Positions 1-11,900 of a DNA stretch of 64,000 nucleotides are shown one piece after another (the first letter of the stretch is position 1; each line of letters starts with the position of its first letter). The notes beneath the pieces are model-generated. The model was given only the letters and a program-made list of their open reading frames with translations. It made no database searches and was not told where the DNA came from. This DNA comes from Nitrospirales bacterium (GTDB lineage Bacteria > Nitrospirota > Nitrospiria > Nitrospirales > UBA8639): NCBI GenBank assembly GCA_965203295.1, contig CBDBCZ010000018.1, positions 2,701,187-2,765,186 of the forward strand, in the 5' to 3' direction. The position numbers were made by a program, and so were the translations under genes.

Positions 1-746
1 TGAATAATTAATAAGCTAGGGAAAATGCTGAAAAAGGTGCGCATGGTGGGGAACCAGCGACTTCAGCATTCAAGCGCCTGGGGTTAACCACTTGCAACTT
101 CCTGTTTGGTGGTGTAATTAAATTATTAGTTTAATTTATTAATTTATAGTAAAAACAAGTGACCTCACTCAAAGATTGCGATATTAATTCTCGTATTTAA
201 ATGGATATACCGTAAACTCTGGTTAATAGGCGCATGCGCTTATGACTCTAGGTGGTAAGCAGCCGTGCGCCTAATAGAGGATGTGCGCTAATAGGGGTGC
301 AATTATTGAAGCCACGCCCAACACGTGACAATGCAAGATGCGTGCAGAGACAGTAGTCGTGGTTTAAAAAGCTGAGAGTAGCGAGATGGCAAGTATTGGC
401 GAAGTATTCAAAGATTTTTCCTCCTCCAGGAAAGTGTAATCCATGGCCATCATGTCTTCAAGAAGATATGGACTCCACGACTTGGCGAAATTCTTCTGGT
501 TAACCAAGAAGCCGGAAACGCTCACTGACAGACGTGCGGTTGCTTTGCTAAAGTAGACGGAAGCGTAGTCGGGCATGTATATACCTAGAGAGTTCTCAAC
601 AATGTTGGCGTTTCTTAGCATGCGCTCAACAAAGGATACCCACGACCAGAAAGGAAGCATGCGCTTAATTGCCGAGCGCAGCGAGGCCAATAATCGCGAC
701 ATACGGGCTCAGAATCTCAGCTAGCGTTTATATATATAAAAAATTT

Positions 747-1736
747 AAAAACATGTAGGGATGGCACAGTGTGAAGAAAACAAACTAAAAGCAAAAACTA
801 ACATACAAATATTACAAAAATATTTAAACACATGTGCATCAAATCTACAAAAACTAACCAATCAAGCTGTAGTAACAACACAACTCTAAAAAATCATTTA
901 CAAAAATCAATTAGCACGTCAGGATGGAATCCCAAAAAGTCACCAAACAAGCTACCATGACACAGACTTGTGAACACAAAGGTTGCCATATAGCATCACA
1001 GTCCTTCCAGATACGTTTAGGTGGTACCATCGGTGGAGGTTCATCTGTTCACTTCCCTTCGGCTACTCCCAACCCTCTACCTTCAAAGCAAGTCACACCA
1101 AGCTACCCCATGCTCCTACAGCCTTCAAACCTGCTGCATAGTGCATAACGGAATATGGCCCTCAAAAAGGCCTCCAAAAATTATTCGTATAAGTACGATT
1201 ACAGACCAAAAGGAATGTCGACAGATACTCCTAAACTCACTTCCACACTTATATACCACCACATGGAGCAAACCACTTATGGGTTTCATACAATTTCCGT
1301 TTATCACCCCACCCACCTACGTCTTACAAACGTACTTAATTACATTAACATCTGGAGCCAGTATTCAGATTCAGACTCTATCCTGTGACCCCACTCAACG
1401 GAGTCAACACACGATCAGGCTAGCTCACGCCTATATATAGAAAAAGCACTTCGCCAAAAACTGCAAAAACAAGTCATGTAGGGATGCACTTCCACCAGAA
1501 TAACACTTTCCCAAAAACCAACGAAACAAGCGACAATGCACATCACAACACATGCACAGACTACCCACCCATCACAGCGCAATGCATTTACCGCGTAGCT
1601 ACCATCCCTACATCTTTCCAACCAGTTAGTTTTTGTAGATTTGATGCACATGTGTTTAAATATTTTTGTAATATTTGTATGTTAGTTTTTGCTTTTAGTT
1701 TGTTTTCTTCACACTGTGCCATCCCTACATGTTTTT
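747..1736. repeat. ~112-bp essentially perfect inverted repeat (747-858 / 1625-1736)
   Basis: AAAAACATGTAGGGATGGCACAGTGTG...CAAAAACTAAC is matched by its reverse complement at 1625-1736. Confidence 0.9.
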
Positions 1737-3153
1737 TAATTTTTTAAATGTTTTTTAAGACTTGTTTCTGTTGTTTTTTTAGTGAGGGGGAAGAAAAGGA
1801 ATGGGGCTTTGATGTTTGGTATTAGGATTAGATGGTATGAGTTGATATAGCTAGTATGGTTCTGTTGGGTAGAGGTGCGGTAGTGTATATGTATTGGTAT
1901 GAGAATACAGTTTTTGGTAGCTCCGCCTCTAAGTTGAGTCCCATACTTGTTCTGCAGTGTGTCATAAAGAGCGCATTTCGTCTACTGAAGTCAAAATTCC
2001 GAAATTCCAAGATAATGGCGATCGTATAATAAGGGATTTTTTCTGACATCTCGTTGACATTGAGTTAAAACAGAGACAGTGGCAGACTGAACAGGGATAG
2101 TAGATTTCCCGTATGCTGGAATGGTCTATATATCGGTAGAGAGTGAACTGCATTTTTTTTACCGGGGGATATAAACCAGCAAGGAGGATGCATGGGGACA
2201 ATAAAGTAGGCATCGTTCTGCGATATGGGATAGCCTGTCCTGTTTCTGTAGGTGACTAAGGAATACCAGCAAGCCGTGTTCAGCGACCGTAATTGGTGTT
2301 ATAAGCCTCTTTGGCGACCAGTTAAGTTATGCTCACGGCATAAGCGACTGGTGGAGCATGTGGAGTGCATACACATGTATATAAGCGCAAGTATTGATAC
2401 TGCTGAGAATATTGAGGTGGTAGTCATTGGCATTGGAGGGGGAGAAAGGTCTGCGCATGAGACTACAGTACATTATGGTGTCAAACAGAAACAAAGAATC
2501 ATGTAGGACAACCGACTCCCGTAAGTGGGTGTGGTCTTAGGGTAGGGTTAGGGCCAGATCTGGGACAGTAGACCACGCCCACTTCTGGTAGTCGGATGAT
2601 CAAACTAAAACGCACTAAAGTATTTGTAGATCTTGTGAGTGCTCCTCACCACCACCTCCCAACTTGCACTCGTTGCTCACACTGCAGCACTTGTCACCCC
2701 CCATCTGGTTGTCCCTCATGCACGGGGACCTTGGGCGGATCTCCGAATTGTGGGCGGGGTACGGATACGACCGGCGAGCACGTGATGGTCGAAGGTTAAT
2801 TGCGGCAAAGTTCCTCCGGCTATATTATAGTCGCTAGTTAGAATCTTCTATCTACTAGCTATGGTTGTGTCGAGAGACTCAAACACCTTTTCAGAGAGAA
2901 AGAGCGGTGAAGTCGCACGAAGTCGAGTAGACACATACAGGTGTATTCGGCCGGGCCAGGGAGAGGGAACAAAGGCCTTCAGGAATGTCGACAGACGGTC
3001 TAGACGTAAGTATGTAGCATATTTATAGTGTGTGCTGATTTAGCACACTGTGTTAGACTAGTCTCGTGCCGAGACTGTGTGTAGTCGTGCCCTGAGTTGG
3101 GTTTTGGGCAGTTTACATTTACGCGCTCTTATTAATGCGCCACTAATTATTTA

Positions 3154-3697
3154 CCATATTGCTACAATATTTTGCGTGAACTTTACTTTTGCGAATTTTG
3201 CGAGTCCTTACAGCATCGCAAATATAAGATCGCAAACATTAAATAAAAATATGTGAGCGTGGTTTTAGTGGGTGCGGTTAACGAGCACCAAATCAATAGC
3301 TGTCCCAGGAGAAGCAGCAGTAGGCCTAATGGATGGCCTTAAACAATAGCGAAGGTGGCAGGTAATGTTTTAATATGCTTCTACAGCAGCAGCTATTTCA
3401 GGATGAGTATTCGGCAGTATTTTACTTGATTTTACTATGAGCCCCAATCGCGAGGACACTGCAATCGGAGTGGTGGCAACTCGTGAAGCAAATGAGAGTG
3501 TGAAGCGTGCGTTAGAGAAGCAAACCAGCCAACAGAAGGCCAAGAAGCGTAAGGTACATACCCACTCAGCCGAGATTGGCCAAGAATGGGAATGCCGCTG
3601 CCACAATCGCAAAGATAAGATCGCAAAGTACTTGAATTAGCCACAAAATGACAAAATCGCAAAGGTTTCTCACACGCAAAATATTGTAGCATTACGG
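3154..3697. mobile_element. pogo-like MITE with TA TSD
   Basis: TIRs ta|CCATATTGCTACAATATTTTGCGTG and CACGCAAAATATTGTAGCATTACGG|ta. The internal remnant ...KAKKRKVHTH.SAEIG resembles a pogo transposase N-terminus. Confidence 0.7.
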
Positions 3698-3774
3698 TAT
3701 CGCCAGTGGCGCTCTTAAATATGTGTATGTGTAGTCCATGATCAACACCTTCATATGGCGCTAAACTCCTAGCC

Positions 3775-4397
3775 TAGTCTCGTTCCCGGACACTCCACAC
3801 ATGCCCCGACGAAAAATTAGGGACAGGTAGAAATAAAGAGGGTCTGGCGACTCGAGTGGGGTCCACACAGAGCCTTCGTTGGAATGCAGGAATAGGTGAC
3901 ACCAATTGATGTAATTAACAGTACGTGCGTTGCTGAACTTCGAAAGAAGCATGCCAGGTCAGTCGAAAAAAGTGACTGAGTCTGCTATCGATTTTGCTAG
4001 AGAAAGGCTAGGTATTGAAGGGCTCAAGAAACAGTCAGAAAGCGATGGATAGTTTCAGAGTCTACGCTGGGCAAGCCTCCTGGGCCAACTCTGGCACCGC
4101 TTGGTAGACTCCATCCTTGCCGGTTGATGCAGCACTCAGTAGATCTCACAGATAGTCAGTAGCAGCAAGAGCTGCACCGCAAGTCATAGCTACACGTGCG
4201 TTTACTGTTTCTACTTTGCAGCTGGTGCACGCGGTATGCTTCGTTGCGGTTTCATACAATCGATTTTCATCATGAATATCTAATTTAATGAAATTCCTCA
4301 AATTTCCGGGCTGCACATGTATCCCACTCAACTCGCCAGACCCTCTTTCTACCTACTTTTTGGCGGGTGAGTGTGACAGGGTCTGGGAACGAGACTA
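3775..4397. mobile_element. Academ-like non-autonomous TIR element
   Basis: TIRs TAGTCTCGTTCCC / GGGAACGAGACTA, plus an inner inverted repeat (~3828-3860 / 4324-4355). No clear TSD. Internal AIDFARERLGIEGLKKQ weakly resembles a RecQ helicase N-terminus. Confidence 0.55.
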
Positions 4398-4696
4398 CTA
4401 CATGTCTTATGCACTATATAAAATAGTACAAATGTGCATTACGTGTTAATTGAGTTTCCAATCCCTGTCCTTCTACTCTATTATCTATGGTGGCATTTAC
4501 AACGCGCCACCTGAATAATAATTCAGCAACACTATTGGCACTATAGCAGAGAAAAAAAAATGTATTACAATGATTGGCACATTATTTAGAATGGTGTGTT
4601 AATAAGAGCGGATATAGTATTCATCAAACGGACCATGTCTGTGACAGGCACATATATTGAAGATTCGCAAACGTATTGATCATGATCAGGTCACTG

Positions 4697-5142
4697 CAGA
4701 GGTCGAAATAACGTGCGGTCATTGGTCAATATCTGTACATATTGCTATAGTGACCGAGCAAAACTACATGTGGTCGGTAGGTGTGCCCGGGAGCTTGTGT
4801 AACAGCTGCTGCGTAAGGCAGTGATTGCTAATCATATTCACAGCGTCTTGTATAATGCCTACTTGTGAATAGTAAACACTATCCAAATAAGGAGTTTCTG
4901 CTCTCAGGTCAGCTTGGGAAGAGAGGATGAATTGACTGGTTTGTGTGTATTCATTTTTTTGGTGGTGCTTGCTCAACAATGCATTCACATCTATTATCTT
5001 GCTGTTGCTGAAATGTTTCAGTCATAACTACAAGTACTGTGACAGGTAGGTACATCCAGTCATATTTGCTAAATGACCACTCAGAATCAAAAGTGTTAGG
5101 ACATTGTGACCAGATAACATTTGAACGTTATTTCGACCTCTG
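4697..5142. mobile_element. hAT-like MITE with 6-bp TSD
   Basis: TIRs CAGAGGTCGAAATAACGT / ACGTTATTTCGACCTCTG, flanked by TCACTG (4691-4696 and 5143-5148). Confidence 0.85.
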
Positions 5143-5731
5143 TCACTGGTTTGGTCAATGATATATTTGTTTCTGTGGGCATGGTAGAGGGGAATGTGAG
5201 GCTATGGGAGTGGTAGGTGATTGTGTTAGGAACATTTTAGTGTAATGGTTTAGTGCTTTAACATTATGATGTAATGGAGAAAATACTTGAAAACATGCAT
5301 TGCTGTGCCTTCATTTTTAAAATTTACACAAAAGCATGAAAATAAGCACGTTTTCATGTATTTTCTTCACTTTGTGCCTACTTTTACCGTGCATTATATC
5401 AAATTAATGGTGAAAGGTGTACTGTACTTGTACATGTAGGTGCAGTTATAATTAGCTGGACAAGTGTTGTATAGCAGGTACATGTATGTGTATGGAGATA
5501 GGAAGGTCTTGAATTGAATGGGTTATAGGTTGAGAGGGAGTTGGGAGCCTGTGATTTTGTGTTCATTATGTTAGGTTTAGTCATACCTTCTATAACCTTG
5601 TCCCAAGGAACATGTATTTCATTGTGTGATTCACACAGTGGTGCAACAGTGTAGCCATTGAGGTTTTCCTGCTACAGAGGTTTTCAAGTAGGTTGAAGGT
5701 TGAACTCATCTTAGAATTTGATGTGCAGTCA

Positions 5732-5842
5732 AGCTGAACTACTAATTGAATTGTTAACTTGATTTAGCTGCTTTGCACATGTCACAGGTGTAGCTATACA
5801 AAGCAACTAAATCAAATAACAATTCAATTAGTAGTTCAGCTG
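5732..5842. repeat. Small palindromic (fold-back) element
   Basis: AGCTGAACTACTAATTGAATTGTTA ... TAACAATTCAATTAGTAGTTCAGCT. Confidence 0.75.
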
Positions 5843-6904
5843 TATAGTGCTCCACTGTCTGACTCAAACAGTACAACATGGAGGGTGTTGTTTACATTGC
5901 TGGGAAAAGCCAGCTGACATTCCTAGAAATCCAATGTTCAGGTACTTGGCTGTGCTGAGTATGTATTCTGTAATAACTTTGGTTCTGAATGTACCATTGC
6001 TTGTTCTGACCCCTTTTCCTGCACACATTGCGCATCCTGAATGCACAGACCTTGTAATTCCAAATAAAAAGTGACTGATGAGAACTGGACTGCCACACTG
6101 GACAGGACTGGAATGGAATGGAAAATGGAAATACTCAGACCTTTGTTTATGTTCTTGTTAGGCATAAGTACTATATCATAGTCCATGGGAAGATAAAAGC
6201 ACAGCACACTGTATATATATCTGGCATATACACCCCAACCAGCCATTAGCCATAATAATTCTATATATGCAATATAAATACAATTAGTGGTCAACTGTGA
6301 CAGCTGGTGTGCATGAATCTCATTAACAAAGCATAGTATTTTAATAGCCTTGTTATACTAAGCCACAAAAAGTGATACACATACAGTATGGGCCAAGCTA
6401 AGATGGTAGGCGGCCTTGTTAGCACACTTTGAAGCGGTTACAAGCTCTCTCAGCAGGTGATATGTACTGCCATGTTACCTTCTAGTAGATTGCACCTGCA
6501 CTCATGCATGTCTAGATCTGTGGCTTGCTCCGCTTATATGCTCAGGAGAAACAGTATACAGTAAGTAAGGTATATTACCAAAGATAACCATACTTAGGAG
6601 GTGTATATGGCAAGGTATATGGAAACTGAGTCTATACCCTCAATCTTAGTCATCAGAACTTCGTCTGACCTCAGTCTCGGATAGTACGCCATGCATATAC
6701 ACCTCCTGACCTTGCAACTCAACAACTATATACTGTCAGGGTCTTCCCTATAACAACAGCTTTGGTGTAGTGTGCTGTCACATGCATACAAAGCAGTTCA
6801 CAATTCTTCCATGGTTGTCCAGATACGCGATGAATTAGCCTCATTTCCAAGGCTTTTCTGCCTGTGATCGTATAGCAAATTAACAACAGTAGTTCGGCGA
6901 TACA

Positions 6905-7560
6905 TAACAAAGGCAGCCAAAGAGGCTCAGAGAACGAGGTAGCTAGGTCTTAAATTTGCCGCGTGTCCGGCGAATCCCTCACCATAGATAATATAGTACG
7001 TAATAAAGGCAGCCAGAAAGGCTCAGAGAACGAGGTAGCTAAGTCTTAAATTTGCCGCGTGTCCGGACAATCCCTCACCATAGATCATATATACGGAATT
7101 ACATAATATCTATGCCCTCACTGACGTTAGCTACTGCATACACACCTTGTAATTCCAACTGAACCGAATTCGATTGGACCGGCCCACTAGCTCTTTAGTG
7201 GACTGCAATGGAGGGAAAATCCAAACGCTCAGACTTCTTGTTATACTAGCACCATGGATAATCCATGATATTATACATGCTAGCACGTATAAAATTTAAT
7301 ACGCATACGAAATGCAAGCCATTACCTTGTAATTCCAAGAAGAACAGGAATCCGAAAAACTTAAATACGAGATGCTTGGCTTTAACAACCGCTTCAATAC
7401 GACTACATGTTATTGTTGATTGGAAGGGAAAATCCAAACGCTCAGGCTTCTGTTTGCGTTATTGTTGATTGGAAGGGAAAATCCAAACGCTCAGACTTCC
7501 GTTTACGTTATTGTTGATTGGAAATGGAAATCCAAACGCTCAGGCTTCCGTTTACGTAAT
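6905..7560. repeat. Direct-repeat cluster: two ~95-bp units and 3-4 ~49-bp units
   Basis: AAAGGCAGCC..GGCTCAGAGAACGAGGTAGCT...CCCTCACCATAGAT occurs twice (6905-7090). GTTATTGTTGATTGGAAGGGAAAATCCAAACGCTCAG is tandem at 7409-7558, with a further copy near 7210. Confidence 0.85.
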
Positions 7561-8988
7561 AAAATGGCGTGGAACGACCAGCGTTCACTCGAGAGTGGTA
7601 GTAAATCACTGCTGAATAAGTTCGAGTTTTGAAAACGCTCTTGATTGAGTGCAATGCTCCGTTAAAAATCATGCTTCTTTATGTTGAAATTGTTGTAGTT
7701 GCTGTAGTCATTACTGAGCTAGCCTGGCTGAAGAAGAAGAAAGAAGATGTACTATTACGCCCCGCCCCCCCGAGTGTGTCGACTTGCCGGTGTGCTGCTC
7801 CAGAGAATGTTTGTAGCACCGCTAACAGTCTTGTTGCTGATAAAATCACTCGAGATGTCAGGGTATGGCTCATAACAGCCTATGACTGTAAACAGAGCTG
7901 AGTTCTGAACGTATGATTTTGTACGCGTTCTATAGGGCCGCCATTTTTTTCCGTGCCATCCCTACATATGGAGTACTACCGTACTCCATGATATATATAT
8001 ATGTATGTATATATATATGTATGTATATCTGTGTGTCACGCTCCCCGGCCCCCGGGGCAAGCCACGAGTTCAAAATGGCGTCTCGTGCAGTTTAGCTGAT
8101 GCCGTCTTCAAACTCTTGGTGCAGAAGCAGGCAGAGATCTGGACAAGTCTACTACACAGTTTTATCAAGTAAGGCTTACTACAGCTCCTAGGTTAGTACA
8201 GTTTGTGTAGCCGCTCTGTAAGCAGAGGTACGAGGGCTAGAGACGGACGGCACGATCGAGCGATAAGAAAGCAAGTTTTACGTAGCATGTCTGCTCTCTG
8301 GTGGGTGCTGAGGCTGTTCCTTGGGAAAATGCTGTAGATATAGATATCATTCGCCTGGATGCCAGTCGTTTTGACATAGCTACTAGCCTAGCAGCCGCTT
8401 CAGCTAGCCTGTTATTCTTGCGACTTGCTTAGTCGCGAAAATAGTCGTCCCCGGCCCCACGTGTATTCGGGGGGGCAGTGCCCCGGTATCTAGCCCGGGG
8501 GGCCCCGGCGGTACGATGATGTCAGCGAGGCATAGTGCGCTTGCATATACCTAGTAAATATTATGCGCTTGATAGTGAGGTGCGCCTAACAACCAGAGTT
8601 TACGGTATGCCAATACTCAAAACGTAACAGCTCTATTCTTGAAGGAAGTGGCTTTCTGGATGTTGATGTATGTGGCAGAATTCCCCAAACATGAAAGGTA
8701 AAGCTACATACTATACTATATAACACACATTAAATGCAGTAATTGTGAACTCTAGGTGTTTTCCCTATTTGTACATGTAGTATCCACTAAAAGTAACCAG
8801 ATTGTACCACCCCACATTAATGAAACTGCTGCTTGAAGACCAATGATGCATGGCCAGAGTAAAAAGCTAACAAGATCATTTTCAGTATACTTGTCATACT
8901 TTGGTAAACTAATGAGTAATATTCATGTGAACTAGTCTTATACCTTGTGATCAGAAAGAAAGCATAGCTATCTTATCAAACAACTTAC

Positions 8989-11900
8989 ACTGTATTCCAA
9001 AATTATCTGCATCAGTGAAAATTTCCTTGGCCAATCCTCCCCATTGCTTGCTAATTCTGCCAACAGAATGTGAATCATCAGCAGACAATACCTAAAATGT
9101 GGATGTTCAGTAAGATTGATTAGTCACTGAAATCTAATATACTTAAAATTCTGCCATTTGGCGCTCGTGGAAGCCAAAGGGTTAATCATGTATTTAACTA
9201 CACCCTCTGCAAAATAAACCACCAAAATGCGATTTCAGGTTGTTCACTAAAATAAGCAATTATTAGATCTCCTAGAACCCCACCACAGTCTGACAACATC
9301 AGCAGTACTTACAAAGAACATATTACAGACTAAAAACGTCTTTTGTTTTTTTTCACAGGAATACTTTAAATCCAGCTTTACAGCCCAAAATGCTCATTTT
9401 TGCTATCTGTCTTTCAAAAACAATTACCTGCCCACCCACTTTTGTCCAGTAAAATCGAGCCGTGCCTTACAAACTTCAACCCACTCACAGCAAATCTATG
9501 TTAGCAGTTTCCCACTCACCCCTCGGTTACTTACAATTACCCACCAAAACACTCTCTATAAAATCTCCACAGATTTCCACATAGCTAGCTTACCTCACCT
9601 AGTTACGAAAATGGTCCAAGCTTACAGACCAGAAAGGTCATTACCGTAACCTACCAAAAATGGGCAATAATCTGTCAGCATCCATCTGAGTTTTTGGCTG
9701 ACTTCTGCTACCTATTCAGCCATAATTAGCCTACTTGCCACTATACATGGTCCTAATTACAATAACGTGTTGAAAGGTAACATCAGCGTACTGCTCAACC
9801 ACATCAAAGTGCCGATATCAAACAAAAAAATGCCACTATCAAAGCGACACCCCCCCCCCCCCCCGCTAATTCCAGCTGCCGCCATGGGAAAACGTTCACA
9901 TAATGTTAATGAATTTACTTAGTCCCATGTGAGTGATATGATCTCAATAATTATTCAAAAAAAGATTTGAAGGTCAGTGCAGTGCCACCTTAAAACAAAT
10001 TCCTTGCATAGATTGAGACATGTCTTGAAACAACTTGCTTATTTTCCTTAATAAAAACGAAGTACAACACAAACATGCTGTACTGGAACAATAATGATAG
10101 GACAATGTACTTACATCAAAGTTGGCATCTGAATAGCAGCTACATCCCAGGGTTGGGCCCTTGATCTTCATCACACAATCTCCCTCGGCGTTTTCGATAG
10201 AGAACCAGGGGTTCAAGATTCCCAGGGGATCCTGTCTCACATAGCCAATCACTGTACCAGGCGGTGACTGCACTTCAATTTCATGGGGAGCACAGCAGCT
10301 GCAGCAGCAGTAGCACGTCAGGCCACTACAATTGCAGTAACAGCGCGATGGGCGCTCAAGATGTATAACCTGAGTGGTGGGCATATAAGCTGTGTGATAC
10401 TCAATAACATGCACTTCTACATGAAATATGCTGTCCACGAATGGCTAATCAAGGTGTACATGAACTAACTTCTAATAAGGGAATATGGGACAAAAATAAG
10501 CTGTGCAATGTTCTGCTGACTGCAAGTTTACATGGTTGCATCAAGGGAGTCATGACATCATCATTTTTAATGTGATGTAAACATGGTAAGTAAGACCAAC
10601 AGTGTGGAAGTACAGCTATAGTGTTGTACAGTACTCTGGGTTATCAAGAGCACTGCTGGCATTTCTACAGTCTGTAAAAAGAGGATTCAATTCATTCTGT
10701 GGACTGTGGATTGTAAGTGTAACCACCTTGATATGTGCAGCAATGGCATTAGTAAGTAACTGCGCTTTTGGCTCTTTATAAGCAGTGTGTGGAAGCCCTA
10801 CTGAAGCTTCACTTCTGCACCCTACTCCACTAAAATAATGCTGCAAATTAGGGTTTTTGATGCACTGCTGAGACATCGCTGAGACATCAGTGAAGGCAAA
10901 AGGCAGTGCCAACATCGCTTGTTCTTTTTAGCTCTCAGAGTAATGCTAACATAGTAATCGCTCTAGTTACATGTACGTATGTGTCATATTGTGTCACAGT
11001 TGAGGCTACCAAAAACTTAACCTGCATTAATGGTAAAAATCTGCAAACATTTTGAGAGGTGAATGATTACAATGGCTACAGTATGTTTTACCATCTAAAA
11101 AATGATGTGTCATCACATGTCAAGTCCAACTTCCTCTGTGGTTGCATATTCAAAAACGACAGTATATTCATATACTGCTTAATTCCATTACTTTGTGTAG
11201 TTCAGTCAGCTAAGCAGAGTTTGCACATGCACAAGTACTGTTCATTCAAAATGGAAACACCAGTGCTGTTTCCAAGTTTACAACCTTGGCTGCTTGTTCT
11301 ACATGTAACTCAGTATAAGCTATATAACTATCAAACATTAGTACCCTACACCTCCTAACTCCCAACCCAATCTCCCAACCATTCAACCAGCAATTAAGCT
11401 ACTTTCATTGCTGTCTACGTATATGTCTCCATGCTCTGCTGCTTGCTCGGCCTATAAACTCATTACAAGCTAACTATCACATACAAGTAGAGGAGAGACA
11501 AGAGGTACGTAGGTAGACAAGTTTAAGAAGAAGCCGTAGAGTATGGATTGCGGCCCAGAGAACCGAGAACCCAGGACAAGCTAGGAAAGAACCAGCGGCC
11601 ACCCAGCTCACAACAGTTTAAAGAGTTTGAAGGTGGTTTGAAATGGTTATAATTTAATTAAAAAGGGGACCATAAAGGTCTTCCCTCTAAAAGAAACTTT
11701 ATGAGTAATCTTATGGCTCTAGTTTGCTCTATATAGTCTCCAGTTTGCTCTACATGGTCTCATAGAAACCAGTAAGAACATACGCAATATAACCATGGTG
11801 ATGCTCTACACATTAAATTGGTAGAAGAGATGGATGGTGGGCAGTCTCCTTGTATAACACTGTTGCCTCCAACTTTGTGAGTGTGAATGGAGAGTCAAAT

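Larger units (their letters stand above)
666..8554 (+). mobile_element. Helentron/DINE-like non-autonomous element split by a ~7.2-kb insertion in its TA microsatellite
   Basis: 5' TAATTGCCGAGCGCAGCGAGGC hairpin. The (TA)n/TATG microsatellite is interrupted at ~738/7990. The 3' part (8030-8554) ends ATATACCTAGT and is homologous to 18050-18608. Confidence 0.5.
210..8605. mobile_element. TA-flanked non-autonomous Tc1/mariner-pogo-like element (outer layer of a nest), carrying a decayed HIRAN-like fragment
   Basis: TIRs ta|CCGTAAACTCTGGTTaaTAGGCGCA (210) and TGCGCCTAacAACCAGAGTTTACGG|ta (ends 8605). Region ~430-620 reads, with frameshifts, ESVIHGHHVFKKIWTPRLGEILLVNQEAGNAH-DRRAVAL...VVGH-PRE, which resembles a HIRAN domain. 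Confidence 0.65.

Noticed and set aside
1830..2500. Possible LINE 3' fragment on the minus strand
   Set aside because: Only a faint resemblance (RSPLSWN); too weak to call.
5285..5325. Minus-strand LKMKAQQCMF as the missing last scramblase exon
   Set aside because: No FP.DLD before it, no IDF motif after it, an in-frame stop just upstream, and no acceptor site.
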